From Tortispora ganteri (taxonomy: Eukaryota): a DNA stretch of 64,000 bases. The notes under the pieces are model-generated. The model searched no databases. It saw only the letters and a list, made by a program, of their open reading frames with translations, and had not been told where the DNA came from. Below, piece after piece: positions 8,380-18,881 of the stretch. Where the stretch lies: contig PPNB01000016.1 in NCBI GenBank assembly GCA_003707115.1, positions 1-64,000 of the forward strand, written 5' to 3'. The first letter of the stretch is position 1, and the number at the start of each line of letters is the position of its first letter. The position numbers and the translations under genes are program-made.

Positions 8380-11028
8380 TTAGTCCAGATTATCTAGCAA
8401 AGCATTCCACTCAGCCGCGCTCAAAACTCGCTCAAAGCCGTACCGGTCAACTTCGGGCCCAAATATCTCCTCGGCACCCTGGTAAGGGGTACCATGGAAT
8501 TCTGAACTTATTGTGACGTTATCTTGCATTGCGCCCTCGGACATATGCATAGACAGATGACTGTTGTTTGCGCCAATTGACTGAGGTTGCTGCGTGTAAG
8601 TAGCAAATCCAATATCGTCCTTGAACTGCTCGAAATCAGGCACGTACAGGCTCCCAGTGAAATCAGAATCCATGTCGGTAGATGACTTGTTCGGGCTTTG
8701 CTCGCTGTTGTCCATATACGGAGATTTAAACATCGACGTGTCGTTGTCCTTCATAATTGAGTCCGCTAAGTGTCTGATCTCATCTGAAGAATACATCCGT
8801 TCTTCAGATTTAGTCTGTGTAGACAACTGTTGAGGCGTGCCAGTTGTGCTGCCCTGACTCGATGGCTGAATAGGTTGTGAAAACGGTATGTTCTGATCTC
8901 TTGATAATCTCGGAGGCAGCGAGAACTTTGACGCTAAATGTTCCAATTCCGCTGTGCCTGAATCACTCTCGCCATTCTGAAACTTAAGCAGTCTCATGCT
9001 AGCAATAGCTAGTAGTCGCTCTAAAAGAATAGCACCTCTTCTAGCTGTAGAAATCCACGGCGAAACGGAGTATAATAGCGATATAATTTCCCTTATTACC
9101 GAAATTTGTCCAAATTCGCTGGAATAACTCTCCGGTCGCTCTAAAATATCAAGGACTAAAAATACACCAACTGCAACTGTTCTAGATTCAACAACCCAAA
9201 TTTTCTCAAATATGAGAGGCTTATCTCGTCGTCGTTGCGCCATAAATGCTTTAATAGATTCCAAACATATTGGTCTAGATGTCTTGATCCATTGGTCTCG
9301 ACTGAGGTAACGAGCAAGTATCATATGCAAGCTTAACCGCTCAGCGGGAAGCTCTAAGCTTATAATGTACTCCTGCAGCGATCTTATCATCACATTCATA
9401 CCTGTGGGGTCCTTTTCATTAGTGCAAAATGTCGGAGGTAAGCTGCGCATTATTTGAACAAGATCCCTGTCAGCCTGCTGAAGTCTGCTGATCATTGTTG
9501 CCTTCGATTTGATCCAGTCACTATCAAAGGAAGTTCTTCGTATCGAAGCAATTTTTATCATGAACAGTATGTAGGTAGTGGACGTAACTACGTCGGGCGG
9601 ATAATCAGGGAATCTGCCTTTGCATTCGAACAGATCGTGGTCGTTGTAATTTCCAGGAGGAGTAGTGCTGAAAGAGTTAATACCGATAGCGGGATACCTT
9701 TGCAAGTTAGACATCCAGTCGCTAACCACAAGTGTATACCACAGCCTTCTTCCTAGTTCACGGTCTAGAAATTTGGCATCAGATAGAGGTTTATCGCCGT
9801 ACTCAGGTGATATTCTATGGAGGTTGAGTTTCTGAGCAATAAACACCGCCGCATTGAGTAGACAGTACATAAGATCGAAACCGCCAAAGTTTTGACATAT
9901 CAGAGTCATAACTGCGATTGCCTGCACGGAATAGATATCGGGCACTTTCATGAACTCTCCTTTAAAAAGGCACACTTGAGCAGCTTGAAAGTAGTTTTCT
10001 GAGAGTTTCTCAGAAATAGATTCTTCTGTGGCACCCAGACCTAAAACCGCCAGTACTTGAGCCTCATCCATGAAGTAGATACCACTAGAGAGTAAAGAAT
10101 AGTACACACTTAGCCATAAATAGGATCGCCGACTCCAATTGATAGTGTCTGATTGAAAATCGTAAGTATCCATAGGGCTCGACAAATAAGAGTCAGCTTC
10201 GCTGGAACGGCGTTCTAAGTAGTCAAAAAGCTCATCGTGCTGCTGCAGAAAAGTAGGAGGATGAACAGCGTTGTGGAACCACAAGAAGCGAACAAGACAA
10301 AATCGGATTATATCTTCTGACTGAGCGCGGGACAGGCGAGGTAAATCTGCTTTTGGCTTTCTGGGTTCTTCTGAAAACAAAGACGAAACACCTCTGAACT
10401 GTACAGGAATAGGTTTCTGAGCACCGGGATCTAAAGTTGGTTCAATATGGAAATCAGTGTAGGAATCTTGATCTATAGAGAAAACCTTTGACAAGGATCT
10501 TTTTGGCCTCGAAGGATTTGAAGAACTGCTACCTGAAGCTATAGAGGGTATATCTTCTGGAGACTGCGACAGAAGGTTGTGATCTTCCTCGACGCTGACA
10601 TCTAGGTTAGATTCATCGGCTGTAAAAGATATAGTCTGCAGCCCCCAGGCGAGACGCTGGACGTCGGTGGCGGTAGAGTGGATGAGATTATTGTCACTAG
10701 AAGTAGAGGCAGAGTCCTGCTCGGCAGGCTGTTGATTGCTAGAGGTTAAGATCTTTCTGAGTTCGGCATTCTCGGTGAGTACTCTTGACAAGAGAAACCT
10801 TGCCATATCTATGTCGTCGATGGACGAGACGGAGATGTTCGAGTAGTCTTCAAGATTCCGAAGCTGGTCTTGAACGCGGACTATTTCGCGGCGACATGTG
10901 ACGGCCTTGCCTCGTTTGATGCACTGTAGGCAAGGAATCTGCTTATCGCACTTGATTTTTCTTTTCCCGCAATTCGAGCATGTCTGAGGGGTGCGCTGCG
11001 ACTTGCGAATCGACTCTATATTCATCAT
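8380..11028 (-). CDS. Zn(II)2Cys6 transcription factor with fungal middle-homology region
   Basis: CSNCGKRKIKCDKQIPCLQCIKRGKAVTC; middle-homology motifs AQKLNLHR and RELGRRLWYTLVVSDW. Confidence 0.93.
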   Translation of the reverse strand: MMNIESIRKSQRTPQTCSNCGKRKIKCDKQIPCLQCIKRGKAVTCRREIVRVQDQLRNLEDYSNISVSSIDDIDMARFLLSRVLTENAELRKILTSSNQQPAEQDSASTSSDNNLIHSTATDVQRLAWGLQTISFTADESNLDVSVEEDHNLLSQSPEDIPSIASGSSSSNPSRPKRSLSKVFSIDQDSYTDFHIEPTLDPGAQKPIPVQFRGVSSLFSEEPRKPKADLPRLSRAQSEDIIRFCLVRFLWFHNAVHPPTFLQQHDELFDYLERRSSEADSYLSSPMDTYDFQSDTINWSRRSYLWLSVYYSLLSSGIYFMDEAQVLAVLGLGATEESISEKLSENYFQAAQVCLFKGEFMKVPDIYSVQAIAVMTLICQNFGGFDLMYCLLNAAVFIAQKLNLHRISPEYGDKPLSDAKFLDRELGRRLWYTLVVSDWMSNLQRYPAIGINSFSTTPPGNYNDHDLFECKGRFPDYPPDVVTSTTYILFMIKIASIRRTSFDSDWIKSKATMISRLQQADRDLVQIMRSLPPTFCTNEKDPTGMNVMIRSLQEYIISLELPAERLSLHMILARYLSRDQWIKTSRPICLESIKAFMAQRRRDKPLIFEKIWVVESRTVAVGVFLVLDILERPESYSSEFGQISVIREIISLLYSVSPWISTARRGAILLERLLAIASMRLLKFQNGESDSGTAELEHLASKFSLPPRLSRDQNIPFSQPIQPSSQGSTTGTPQQLSTQTKSEERMYSSDEIRHLADSIMKDNDTSMFKSPYMDNSEQSPNKSSTDMDSDFTGSLYVPDFEQFKDDIGFATYTQQPQSIGANNSHLSMHMSEGAMQDNVTISSEFHGTPYQGAEEIFGPEVDRYGFERVLSAAEWNALLDNLD

Positions 11029-11795
11029 AATGACAAAAAGAGATAAGCAGAAAAACCCTACGTAAATAGAGATGCAGAATCAACTATCTCGCTGAGGGTG
11101 TAAAAAAAAGCTGCAGAGTAGGCAACTGATAACAGGAAGATTTTGTGATAAAAGGCTGGAGGCTCACACGACCAGCAGGAAAGATTGCCACTGGGTATCC
11201 AAATATTTAATAAGTGATGAATTAAGCTGAAGTAATTCTGCAGTAGTAGACAAGAGCTGTGCCTTCTATACTGACGTATTCGCGGGTAGATATGGAAAAG
11301 AAAATAGTTTTTGGTTAGTTCGGACGATATCCAGTTTGGGAGATAAGATTAGCGTGTGTGTGATAGGGTGTTCGCGGATGCTGTCGTAAGTAACTTGCGC
11401 GTGCTGCAAATCTATATAGTTGCACAAGAAAGACGCATTGCAAGGTTATCACATTTTAAGTGTGAGCACGATCAATAGCGGTGGCTCCTCCAATGAGAGG
11501 GTGATTTGCGCGCAATCTGGCTTATCATGGCTGAATAGTCTTTCCCACCGTTGGGCATACCATACGGCGCGGCGACAGGTCGATTAAGGTTTTAATGTAG
11601 CACACCATAAAGACCAGAACGGGCCCTAATTTTGACCCGTTTAAAGAATGTAACAGAAAACCAAGCTAACGGCTAAACTGCAAGATGTGATGAGTAGCTG
11701 TATGCAACGGTAATACGTGGCCTGGCTAAGTATGTGAAGAGCCACGATATGGTTTAGCACGGTCGAAGAAGATCTACAATAAACCTTAATCTGTT

Positions 11796-12494
11796 TTAGC
11801 TTATCGAGCTGTTGCATTGAGTGCTGTATGTAAGAACAGAGGATGGTGGAGTGTAGACCGATACGTCTGCCGGGTACCAAGGTACAAGAACTGTTGCCCC
11901 AATTTCTCCAAGTTCAGCGTCACATAATGTCTGCGACGTGCAAAATAAAGACATAGTTCGGTTTTGCGTGATCGTGCTCGTGATGGTTGCGTAAATTATC
12001 TCGGGCGCCGGCGTCACTGTGACCTCTACCGTGACCGCCGGCGGTGCAGGTTCAACGACTGTTGCAGTTTGAATATCGACAACGGTGACAGTCTGAATAT
12101 CAACAATTGTTACAGTCTGAATATCGACAACGGTGATGGTCTGAACATCGACTACGGTGACAGTCTCTGTCTCTCGTGTATTTGAACTGTCAGATCCATC
12201 AGACCCATCAGACCCATCTTCGTCATCAGGATCAGTTTCAGGCTCTGGTTCCGGCCGGCGACATATTCTGCCTAGCCTCCGCCTGCACCCGCGACTTCGT
12301 TGGCCTTCCATATTCAGGTTTACTTTGTATCTGTGTTGCCTGTATGCTGTGTCTGCGGGTTGCGGCCTGTTAAGACGACATCTTGCCCCCGCTTTCAGAT
12401 CGACGCCTGAGCAAGGAACTCGCACTCGCCGTGCGCCCGTGCATGCAGTCGGATATGCAATTAATAGACTCAAAGCAATATAGCTTAAATGCAT
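11796..12494 (-). CDS. Orphan putative secreted protein with Arg/Cys-rich N-terminus, acidic linker and 8-aa Thr/Val repeats
   Basis: ATG ORF of 232 aa, signal-peptide-like MHLSYIALSLLIAYPTACTG. The 24-nt repeats vary mainly at third positions of this frame, which supports coding. Confidence 0.7.
   Translation of the reverse strand: MHLSYIALSLLIAYPTACTGARRVRVPCSGVDLKAGARCRLNRPQPADTAYRQHRYKVNLNMEGQRSRGCRRRLGRICRRPEPEPETDPDDEDGSDGSDGSDSSNTRETETVTVVDVQTITVVDIQTVTIVDIQTVTVVDIQTATVVEPAPPAVTVEVTVTPAPEIIYATITSTITQNRTMSLFCTSQTLCDAELGEIGATVLVPWYPADVSVYTPPSSVLTYSTQCNSSIS
12052..12167 (-). repeat. Tandem 24-nt coding repeat, about 5 copies (TVTVVDVQ/TITVVDIQ/TVTIVDIQ/TVTVVDIQ/TATVVE)
   Basis: Recurring + strand unit tgaatatcgacaacggtgacagtc; a 9-nt atcagaccc (DGS) repeat follows at about 12188-12217. 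Confidence 0.9.
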
Positions 12495-13018
12495 TCAGCT
12501 TACCTACTCATACTAACTATGGCTGTATTTAAGGAGATGGGGGGTGGAGGATTTAAACCCTTGCTGTATTTGATCCCTGTCAGTATACCGCCAATCATCA
12601 TTCCACAACATAGATCTTAATCACCTGGCTAATTATATAAGACCCTGAAACGCATGCGGCCACTTATTTCCTTATTTTATCCGATAATCGTCCGTTTTCG
12701 CGGGCCTGGCGGACTCTTTTCATTCGTTTGTACCGATCTAGGTGACAGTCAAAGCGGATCTACTCGGTTGCTATGCCATTTTGCTTTAATCAGCCGCAGT
12801 ACAGTCGCTAGACCCCCCATTCTTGGCCATCCCCTTCACCCTCCTTCGCCCCTTGAGGTAGACCACACAAGCCACCAGGTAGCCTTTAACCATCACCACT
12901 ACCTTAGTTGACACGTATTCTACTAAGCAATCAACCGATATTCACTAAATCATTGCTGCAATAATTCTTTAAAAGGCTCTTACTCCTCTTTTGCCTTGTC
13001 TCTTGCCCAAATACTATA

Positions 13019-13774
13019 ATGTCCACTGAACGTGAAAAGAACACATTCCTGGCGCGCCTCTCTGAACAGGCTGAACGCTACGACGAGATGGTCTCCTACA
13101 TGAAGTCCGTCGTCAACGCTTCCGATTCGGAACTCACTTTCGACGAGAGAAACTTGCTTTCGGTCGCCTATAAGAACGTCATCGGCACGCGTAGAGCCTC
13201 CTGGAGAATCGTTTCCTCAATAGAACAGAAGGAAGAGGCCCGCAGCGCCTCTGAAGCTCATATCGAAAAAATCCAAACCTACAAGGCAAAGATCGAATCC
13301 GAGCTTGAGGACATCTGCAAGGATATCCTGGCGCTCCTGAAAGACGTCCTTATCCCAGGAGCTGAGTCTGGTGAGTCTAAAGTTTTCTACTGGAAGATGA
13401 AAGGCGACTACTACAGATACTTGGCCGAATTCTCTTCTGGTGATAAACGCAAAGAGGCTGCAGACAATTCTCTGGAAGCCTACAAGGCGGCCAACGAAGT
13501 CGCTCAGACAGAACTTTCTCCCACACATCCCATACGCCTAGGACTGGCGCTTAATTTTTCAGTGTTCTATTACGAAATCCTCAACTCGCCGGACCGCGCC
13601 TGCCATCTAGCCAAACAGGCTTTTGATGATGCAATCGCTGAATTGGACTCTCTTTCCGAAGAGTCTTACCGCGATTCGACTCTCATTATGCAGCTGCTAC
13701 GTGATAACCTCACTCTCTGGACTTCTGACCTCGAAGAGTCGTCCGACAAGCCTGCCCCTGAGGCTGAAGAATGA
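13019..13774 (+). CDS. BMH1: 14-3-3 protein (Bmh1/Bmh2 family)
   Basis: [75 protein letters not shown]1 and BMH2 cannot be told apart. Confidence 0.98.
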   Translation: MSTEREKNTFLARLSEQAERYDEMVSYMKSVVNASDSELTFDERNLLSVAYKNVIGTRRASWRIVSSIEQKEEARSASEAHIEKIQTYKAKIESELEDICKDILALLKDVLIPGAESGESKVFYWKMKGDYYRYLAEFSSGDKRKEAADNSLEAYKAANEVAQTELSPTHPIRLGLALNFSVFYYEILNSPDRACHLAKQAFDDAIAELDSLSEESYRDSTLIMQLLRDNLTLWTSDLEESSDKPAPEAEE

Positions 13775-14113
13775 TTGAGTACTTTTGTGCGGCAATTAAC
13801 ATGACAAGACTCGTGTATATTATACAACACATACATTCTTATTGTCATTTTATTTGCCCCACTTGCAATCTCAACGCTGTTGTTTACCTAATCACCACAG
13901 ATCACAAATACACATTGCCTAGAAATGCAGACGAGTTCCTGGTCCGCCATCAACCCGGTTTCTTTTTGCCGTTGTTTGTCACTCCATTTTTATATCGTTT
14001 GTTTTTGTTCTTCTTTGCTACTGCTAAGAATTTTACTGGAAAATGTAAATTATTTTCATATATTCGTGTAATCAGTTCATTTGCGTTATATAGCGTTATA
14101 TATACTGCGTAAA

Positions 14114-14461
14114 TTAATACGGACTAAAATCACCTTTCAACATGCGCTCTCCTATAGGCGTAGGTGGCCTTTTGAAAGGCATCATGATATCGTAATTCAT
14201 TCTTCGTGGGATCGCAGGCTGGTCCTTTAATGGAAGCTCGTTGCTCGTCACAGGCGTAACAGGACCTTCGCTGCTACTGCCAGAGGCCGCGTCTGTAGTT
14301 CGAAGCTCTTCGCACTCAGATATAGCGGTAACTGTGTACCGTCTCTTCCAACCCGAACTGTTTCCCAAGGCCGAAAATACGTCTTCGGCCGGTCTTGCAA
14401 TGGCTGGTGTACTGTAACGCCTCGGTTTGTTATTCATCGCTTCTGTTCGCCACAATGTCAT
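14114..14461 (-). CDS. Small uncharacterised fungal protein with C-terminal RPPTPIGERMLKGDF motif
   Basis: 115-aa ATG ORF, S/T/P-rich. The C-terminus resembles the ER(I/M)LKG(D/H)F end motif I recall from small uncharacterised fungal proteins. Confidence 0.65.
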   Translation of the reverse strand: MTLWRTEAMNNKPRRYSTPAIARPAEDVFSALGNSSGWKRRYTVTAISECEELRTTDAASGSSSEGPVTPVTSNELPLKDQPAIPRRMNYDIMMPFKRPPTPIGERMLKGDFSPY

Positions 14462-14692
14462 GCAAAGACTATCATATTAACATGCTCTTGTTTAAATATT
14501 ACAATATTTAACGTTTCTTTGCTCGTGAGATGCTTCAAAATCGAACCAATCATCATCTTGCTTCCCCGCAAATGGGAACAATATGCCTTGCAACAATCAA
14601 CGATCTGCATGTCAATTAGGGTTCACCACGTGCGTCGCTACAACCGGCGATCTCTACTTGCATTTTCTCGCCCTCTTCGTCCACATAAGCTT

Positions 14693-17544
14693 CTAAGTGT
14701 GCGCAGAAAGTTCAGCAAGCAAGCTCAAGGCACCATTTATGCCTTCTACAGATGCCTTCGCTTGCGATATCCGTCTAGGGAACGTGGCAGTAAACACATA
14801 CTGCTGAGGTATACCTAGTCGATCGGCCCACAAGAACACATTTTCATCGTCCTCTGCGTTGCCCACAACCATCAAAAACCCAGGCAGTTGGTTCCCACGG
14901 TGGCTGAGCTCACGACCAAGTGCAAACTCCGCAGCTCGAGATTTAGTCACATCGAGAGGCTCGACAACTATGATGTGATCGCTCGCGATCGCTTTAACAT
15001 TCTCTCTCTCAAAGAATACATTAATGTGGTTCACACACTCTCCTGTCCATTGCTCAACCTGCACAGGATCTTCAGCGTCCTCTATGTGGAATGCAATTGA
15101 CGCTTTTCGAACAACAAGGTACGAGCCCGGAATTCTCTCAGACATAGCATCTAAATGTTTTTTCACTGTGGGAACCCATGCTAACTTTCGTTCGTCAATT
15201 AGACTGATCCATTCGTTTGACGCAAATGGTCTTATATAGCATCCATTCTCCGCTATTAGGCCAAGGTTCGGTACTTGTCTAAACGTGCGTTCTAGTTCGC
15301 CAGCCATTAATCCCGACATCAAGTATATTACATTGTTAGGATCGCTCGTCAATTCAATTAGTGCAGCAATCACTTTCTGAGGGCTAGCAAAAAAGGAGCT
15401 TTTAGAACTGCCCCAAAATGTTAGTGTCCCCTCATAGTCAAAGAAAAACATTCTGTAGGCTGGTGCTTGCACCAGTTGTAACTGAGATTTCACCGCTTTT
15501 ATATTCAAAGGAGGAACTATATCGGACACGCGGCGGCTGTTCTTCCAAGCCATTGAAATAGCGTCCAGATTCGACTTCGTCCAATCAAATCCCGTATGCG
15601 TAGTAATGTATTGGTATATATTCTTCCAACGTCTTCTTTTTTCGTCTGCAGACATTGAGACTGCCATGTCAAATGCTTCAGCTACCTTCTCAATGTACCA
15701 TGGATTAACAATCAAAGCTTCATCTCGGAATGGGCCCGAAGCTGTTCCTGTGAACTCCGAAAGAATGAGACTACCACAGTTCTCGTTCTGCACAAAAATG
15801 TACTCATGACAGGTTAAATTCATTCCTTCGCGAAGTGATGTGACAACAAACGAATCAGATTCTAACAAGAGAGCCAAGTACTGGTCGTATGCAATATCTT
15901 GATTGAGCAAAACCACAGGTTGATGCGAAGATATGTCAGCATTTGATGAGTTAATGCGATCGATAATTTCCGATATATCAAGTTCTGTCTCGGAATTGGA
16001 CCTATCGGTCATGCAAACCTGAACTAAGACAGTATCGCGTTTGCGTTCTGGATGTTTGAGCAAGAACCGTTCAAAAGCTAAGAATTTTTGTTTTAAGCCT
16101 CGCAAATTATCCATTTTATCACGTGAAGCAATGATTTTCATGCCTTCCCATCTTTGGCGAAACACAGACCGCCATTGTGTGACTTCTGGTTTCGTTAGTT
16201 CCATCGCAAGTCGATGTGGGTTTATGCCTATAGCACAGGATCCGATGTAGGATGCACGACCAAAATAACGAACGACATTGTTTGCGACATCTGCTGCTAG
16301 GATGCGGTTGCAAGTTTGCATGAAGTGTCGAGCGTATTCAGAAGTCTGAAATCCAATATAGTTAGCACCGAGCATGCCTTCTAAGATTGTTCTTCTGGTT
16401 GGCAGACATCTAAAGACTTCGCTAGAGGGAAACGAGACATGGAGGAAGTATCCAATGACTGCATCCGGAAGCGCCTGGCGAACCATGTTAGGCACTAAGA
16501 AAAGGTGGTAGTCATGTATCCATATGATATCGTCAGGTTTGTAAGCGGCTATAACGGCGTCTGCTATTTCTCTGTTAAGAGTGTAGTAGTGGATCCAAGA
16601 ATGGTCTTCATAAGCTTTTGATTTTGGATTATCTGGAATTTGGTAATGCAAGGTAGGCCAAAGAATCTGTTTGCAGTAGTGCGAATAGTGGCCGTCGAAG
16701 GTAGAGTCAGACACTGTGACGGGGTAGTTCTGGTAGTCTTTAATGAGAGTATCTGCGATGGATTTCTTTGTGTGTTCGTCTAGAGAGTCTGTGGGCATTC
16801 CAAGAGTGCCAATCCAGGCAAATGACGGGTAGGTCTGGTCATTTGAGGGGATAGCATTAATAAGTCCGCCATTGCCCTTAGGGTAGCGGAGAATTTGCCA
16901 TGAGGCGTTTGCGTAGAACTCACGCATGTCTGCCTGGTTGCGATGTTGACAAGTGCTTGAGCGCGCACTAGAGGAGTCGTCGATATGGAGATTACGTAAT
17001 GCAGTAGGGTCGGAATGTGGTTTTCTAGGGACAAAACGGAGACTTGTAGTTCCCATTTCACGGGGAACACGGTCTTCAACAATTGATTTGCGAGGTGTAG
17101 GTGAGCTTGCGCGGGATTTTGGTTGTTTGTACGAAGTCCGTACGGAAGGTTGAGCAAAAAGGGCTTCGTTAGGTGAAACAGCATTGATATCTGTGCTGTT
17201 AGACAATGCAAAGGCAAGATTAGACATTGAGCTAGAGAAGTAAGAGCCTCTTGAGTCTTCAAGAACACGAGAATCAGCAACAGCTGCAGGAGAGTTTGAA
17301 CCGGATCTAGCTCTTGAAGCAGCTGAGGAAGCAGCAGCAGTTAGTGATTGAAGTAACGAAGAGCGACGTGAACCGGCGCCTACACGCATAGGTGGTGCAA
17401 TGGGGGCATCGAACTCATCGAATGCATCTTCATCTGCATCAAACACTACAGTGTTAGGAAGGTTTCTTCTCTGTTAGTAAATCTATAAATTTTTTAATAA
17501 ATTGACCAATAAAATACTTACAATGCGACAATTAAGACCGTCAT
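14693..17544 (-). CDS. TPS3: Trehalose-6-phosphate synthase complex regulatory subunit (Tps3/Tsl1 type); two exons, 17544-17522 and 17465-14693
   Basis: GT20 domain (ILWPTLHYQIPDNPKSKAYEDHSW, WIHDYHL, SLREGMNL) plus degenerate HAD domain (FFDYEGTL instead of DxDGTL). A 56-nt intron GTAAGT...TACTAAC...AAG (17521-17466) restores the N-terminus MTVLIVALNLPNTVVF, in register with Tps3 MTIIVASLFLPYTPQF. Confidence 0.9.
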
Positions 17545-17758
17545 TATTGCAATAGAATGTTGGTTTATTAAGAAAGTAATCAATTTAAGATGACAATGGT
17601 AGAAGGCTAAACCTCATTGGTGGACACTAGTTTCTCCTTTCTTCTTCTACCTCCTCCCACCTGGAAGTGGGCCCCCCACCTAACTATGCATGCATGCAAC
17701 AACCGATCGGCGCATATGTACTACAAAATGTTTACTAATTGCTTTAATTACTTGCTCA

Positions 17759-18610
17759 ATGAGCTCATTAAAACATAATATTGCATGTAAGATCCTTTTA
17801 GTTGCAACAATTATAAATGCACTCATGTGGTGGTCAGGTCTTACTGTCCTGCTCGTCCATTGGCTCATTTCTGGTCACGAACAGTTCTTTTCTGCTGATA
17901 TTCTCAATTCACATCTTCTCGTCTTCCATATTGTTCCTTTCATATCTGATCTTGGATCTAAAGGACTCGGACATACACTATTTGTCATAAGCTGCGCTTT
18001 ACATGCTGTATTATTCACAATAATCGCCTCCATCTCTAGTATCCTTCGCTGCGCTGTCGCAGCATCTTCTGATCGTCGTCTATACATTTCTAGTTTACTA
18101 CTTTCCGTGTCTGCACTCTTTTCACAGACTTTCTTGCTTTTACTTGCCGTCAAGGATTCCAAATCTTACCCGCAACTGCACTCTGTGGCTCTCGGTCTCT
18201 TCCTGCTCGGTGGTCTCTTCTTCGTAGCTTTCGATCTCATATCCATGGTCATCTTCTATACAGGCCACGAGTTCCCGCTCACTTACACTATGTCCGTAGT
18301 ATCGGAAAAGACCAAAGGTACCACTTCAGCTTTTTATTGCCCACATACTGCCCCTTCTAGTCTTCTGAAATCAACTATTTTTTATAAGGTCCTCTGGATC
18401 CTCCTCGCTCTCTCTCTTATCGTCATCTTCGGAATAATGGTCTGGCTCTCCTACAACATACCCGCAGCATATATAGAATGGGCTCTTGCACTTTGGTACC
18501 CGTTATACGACATCCTGTTAGTCTGGGATATATTCAGAGTTGTCAATTACATTATCCGCACAGGTATTGACCTGCACTACAAACGTCCGCAAACGGATCC
18601 TTTAGTCTAG
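17759..18610 (+). CDS. Sfk1-like membrane protein (Frag1/DRAM/Sfk1 family)
   Basis: About six hydrophobic segments; VPFISDLGS, YPQLH and AAYIEW motifs. ATG at 17759 preferred; in-frame ATG at 17690. Confidence 0.75.
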   Translation: MSSLKHNIACKILLVATIINALMWWSGLTVLLVHWLISGHEQFFSADILNSHLLVFHIVPFISDLGSKGLGHTLFVISCALHAVLFTIIASISSILRCAVAASSDRRLYISSLLLSVSALFSQTFLLLLAVKDSKSYPQLHSVALGLFLLGGLFFVAFDLISMVIFYTGHEFPLTYTMSVVSEKTKGTTSAFYCPHTAPSSLLKSTIFYKVLWILLALSLIVIFGIMVWLSYNIPAAYIEWALALWYPLYDILLVWDIFRVVNYIIRTGIDLHYKRPQTDPLV

Positions 18611-18881
18611 TAACAGCAAATGTAGTATTCTACGTATCCTCAGGACTGCGATATCCAACTATACAAAATACATCAAATCATGCAAATAAAAGAACAACAG
18701 GTGGCCGGGAAGAAAGGAAAAGAAAGGAAAAAAAAAGAAAGAAAATAAATAAAAGAACAAACAAACAATGAAACAAACAGACAAGCTTGTAAATCAGTAA
18801 TCACAATTACTGAAAGAATTTGTAGAATAATCCTCAAATAATCATATCAGACACTTCTCGTCGTATTGTTATAAATCCTTA

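Noticed and set aside
12654..13018. 85-aa ORF or 5'-UTR intron upstream of the 14-3-3 gene
   Set aside because: Promoter-like composition, no recognisable protein features and no consensus donor/branch pair.
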